From Psammoneis japonica (taxonomy: Eukaryota): a stretch of DNA of 64,000 nt. The stretch covers positions 1 to 64,000 of the forward strand of contig QPGO01000051.1 in NCBI GenBank assembly GCA_008632985.1. The letters are read 5' to 3'. Below, piece after piece: positions 60,900 to 64,000 of the stretch. The notes under the pieces are model-generated. The model ran no database searches. It saw nothing but the letters and a program-made list of their open reading frames with translations, and was not told the DNA's origin. The first letter of the stretch is position 1. The number at the start of each line of letters is the position of its first letter. A program made the position numbers and the translations under genes.

Positions 60900-63720
60900 T
60901 GTCGCTAATGACCATGTGGTCCGCAAGAAGACACATGCGAAAGGATGGAGGCAATGAAGAATCCAACAATCAACATGTCAATGCGTCTGGGGACGAGGTG
61001 CCGTGCGGTGTCAAGACACGACCTTTTCAGGTTGAATGCCCGGATGGTTGGTTCAATGAGCACCGCAGCATGATTGGACCAGCGAATTGGATCGTGCACA
61101 ATCCATGCTGACGCGCCTTGTCGACCGTTTTGCTTGAATTTCTCCATGCTAGGGAGGTTATCAGAGCCACACAATCTATCCCACTTTGCACGCTTGTTGC
61201 GTTTCTTCTGCACTTTGCTGCACTCAAGTCAAACTCTCGAAATCCGCGCAGCTCCAGCTCTGTGTCTGCGGCAGCAGAGCTGCGACAATCGCAGCATCAC
61301 CTCACTTGTGTCATGCAGCATCAAAATGTCTTCTGATTCCCATGGCATTGAACAAATCAGGTTGTGGCATCCTGCTCCTGGGGACTGTCCGCTGTGGCGC
61401 CGCTTCCAGATTCCGGTCGCACAGCTGGTGGCAGGGAAGAGCACGTGTGGAGCCACTCTGGATCAATCATTGCTGCCATGTTCTGCTCTCAAGCTTTCAC
61501 CCAACCAAGCAACAGCAGATGACCGTCTCACACTTTCACTTCTCGCAGCAACTGCGCGACTTTTGCTGTTGGTCACCCCATCTTCCACGCTGTTCGAGCT
61601 CTCACCACAGCCAATTCCCCATTCTCCTCTGTCTCACCAAGGCTTCCACTCTGATCTCCCAAGGAGGAGGATGACAAATGAGATCTCTTTGGCCACACGT
61701 TCAGCTCCTTCGGTCAAAATCCTCAGTTGGGCCTTGTCCTTGTTGCAGAACTCAACATGTGTTGGAACCGTGTGGAATTGAAAAAACACCAAGAAGAGAC
61801 AAGAAACAACCGCAAACAGAAACAAGGCTTGGTTCTTGGCCCCACTCAACCACACGCGGCTTCCCAAAACTGCAAACAAATGAACCAGCATCCCGGCCTG
61901 GACAAAGCACGTCCCAATGAAAAGAGACGTCCCAATCACATTGGCTCGTGTTTGCCAAACCAGGTTGTCAGAACAGTGATGAAGAAGAAGTGCCACAAAG
62001 AGGCCGACCTCGTAGCTGATCATGAAGCTGAGGGTGAAGTTCGCCTTGAAAAAGAAGACCGATTTTGTCAACCCTGCTGCCACAATCAGAGCAAACACCA
62101 TCAAGTGATGAAAGAGGAGCCTTGAGGTCTGTTTGCTGAATGTGAAGCATCCCAGTGGCGCTGAGAAAATCCTCCGAGCACAGACGGGGGTCTTTGATGT
62201 TGTCAAAGTTCAGAATGGCAGAGAATGCAAAGGACGCCACACCAGCTGGCATGGTTTCGCCGCAAAAGACAATCCAGGCATGAATCGTCGTTCAACCATG
62301 ATGCCAACGAAAAACTCAACATTGTCTGCACTCGCACAAAGTTCCTTCAGTGCCCTTGTTGCCTCTGATGAAGCTCTGAAGTCTTCAAAGCTCTCCAGTC
62401 GAGGGAGATGGAAATGCTCCCGATGGTCATTGAAACCTTGCATCCCTTGAGTTTGCTCATCCTGGATCGTTTGAACTGCGACCTCCTTTGGACAAAAAGG
62501 AACATTGAACGCTTCGATGCTCCCCATGGGAGTGCAATGGAAGGCTCACAAAAAGTCGGCGGGATGATGTTGGGAGTGCATTTCAGGCTTCCAAAGAAAG
62601 TCCAGCCAGGGGCCCTGTGCTCTCTAACTTTCAAACTCAGATTTTCTTGCCACGACTTGTCTGCAAGTTGTGCAGTTTCCCGCCAAAATCCTCAATCCGT
62701 TGGGCCGCGCCTCTTGCACTGCTGCTCATTCTTTTGAAACACTTGCCTGTCCATGGAATGTGATGATGCTGTGGCCTCTTAAAGCCAACAAACCCAAGCA
62801 AGATTGCAGTGACACTCCAGCAGTTAGAAGGGCAAAGGAAGGCCTCCTGCTCTGCAGCCACCAAGAGGAGCACCACATCATGTGTCAAGAAGTTGGTGAC
62901 TTGCTGCTGATGCAAGTGGCTTTCTTGGATGTTGGATGCTGACTGGGCTGTTTTTTGGTGTGACAAACATGCGACAAAAGTCGACACATGATGCGCTCCA
63001 GCCGAGTTTCTTCAGCCCCTGAAAAAACCTGTGTGGCCTGCTCTGAGCCATGAGCCACATGCAGTGACTTGCAAAGCACAGCAAAACAACACACAGGTCC
63101 ATTGCCGGTGGCTCAATGTGCGCCGCGACCTGCAAGCAGCGCGTCCCATTGATGTGCAGCTGCGACGGCCCAAACCCGGGTGGCGCCCCCCCACATGCAT
63201 TTGACAGAGTGTCTCATCATGATGCTGCCATGATCTAAAATTGGTGGTTGTCAATTGGTGATTGTGCATCAATGACTGCATGAGCAGCTGAAACTCTGGT
63301 GCACAAGGCAGAATTTGCTGAGGTCGCTGTGTGAAAAAAGAGCTGCTCCACATTGTGACGTGGGCCCACAGAATTCCATGTGCAAGCCCCGCAGTGTGAC
63401 AATTTGGTCAATGGACCACCTGTCTTCAATGTCCAAAGCTTGACATTTGGCATTTTTTCAAATCTGCCTGCCGACGCCACTCTTTTGAGACACGTTTGAG
63501 GGTGCTGCTGGTGGCTGCAAAAAATGCCAAAAGTTGTTGAGTTGATTTTCCAACAATTGCGCCACAAAATGACACACAAAATGTTGCCAAAGCTATGCAG
63601 AAATGTGAGAACATGACATGAGGCACATGACAAAAACTTCTGTGTCACAGCCCAGTGCTGCCAAGGCATTACGTGTCAGCAAAATCACAGCAGCTGATGA
63701 TTTTTTTCAGGATTGCACCA
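60900..63720. other. TpA-depleted domain 4 (CpG only partly lost)
   Basis: TA nearly absent from ~61190 to ~63660 while many CG remain; TA-rich again from ~63745. Confidence 0.85.
60905..63350 (-). pseudogene. Decayed heme peroxidase-cyclooxygenase family gene followed by a multi-pass membrane region
   Basis: QGFNDHREHFHLPRLESFEDF...ALKELCASADNVEFFVGIMVE matches the PGHS/alpha-DOX pattern 'FNeYRxxFxL....FEel...LxxLYgdvdxvexyxG' with Tyr->His/Cys; hydrophobic ORF 61634..62206 downstream; multiple frameshifts. Confidence 0.7.
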
Positions 63721-63997
63721 CAGACCCCATGGACGGGTTCCAGTCCTAGGTGGGACTCCGTGTGACATTGGGCCCGTAGAATTCTACGTGCGAGCTCCGT
63801 AGTACGAGAATTTAATTAATGCATATATTTATCTTCAACATCAAATAAACTGCCAAGTTTGTGGTACAATTATGCCTCTTGCCACTCGACGTTTTTGCAA
63901 ATGCGCCTGCCCTACGCGATTCTTAAGACATTATAGAATCGCGCTGTAACAAAAAATGTCAAAAGTTGTTGGACGGATCGCTCAATAAGTGTACCGT
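63350..63997. repeat. Diverged direct repeat pair (~63350-63570 and ~63760-63997)
   Basis: tgggccc..agaattc... blocks at 63361 and 63769; caaatctgcctgcc/caaatgcgcctgcc; aaaaatgccaaaagttgttg/aaaaatgtcaaaagttgttg. Confidence 0.8.
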
Positions 63998-64000
63998 NGC

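Overview
Eukaryotic, intron-containing, gene-dense DNA, most consistent with a diatom-like stramenopile (LHC/FCP-like gene, diatom-type Ty1/copia remnant, short GT-AG introns). About two thirds is ordinary genic sequence: a STAND/COG3899-like ATPase, a mitochondrial carrier, a bacterial-type formate dehydrogenase, HIP/ST13, an ASCC3-like helicase, a divergent VOC + flavin oxidoreductase pair, a chorein-N-like/PH protein, an LHC, two sulfotransferase-like genes, a prolyl 4-hydroxylase and a BTB protein. The remaining ~22 kb forms four sharply bounded domains (~200-5385, ~11960-18150, ~47590-55340, ~60900-63720) in which TpA is almost eliminated, CpG is variably depleted and TpG/CpA is in excess. 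Local duplications with one copy inside and one outside a domain show TpA->CpA/TpG and CpG->TpG/CpA transitions directly. Surviving TpA sites are mostly YTAR, suggesting A->G at 5'-TAY-3'. This looks like a regional hypermutation (genome-defence-like) process running opposite to fungal RIP. It has hit a copia element, duplicated genes and host-type genes (Tyr->His/Cys). All counts were made by eye, and a base-calling artefact on modified DNA must be excluded. Single-base homopolymer frameshifts in conserved genes suggest an imperfectly polished long-read assembly.
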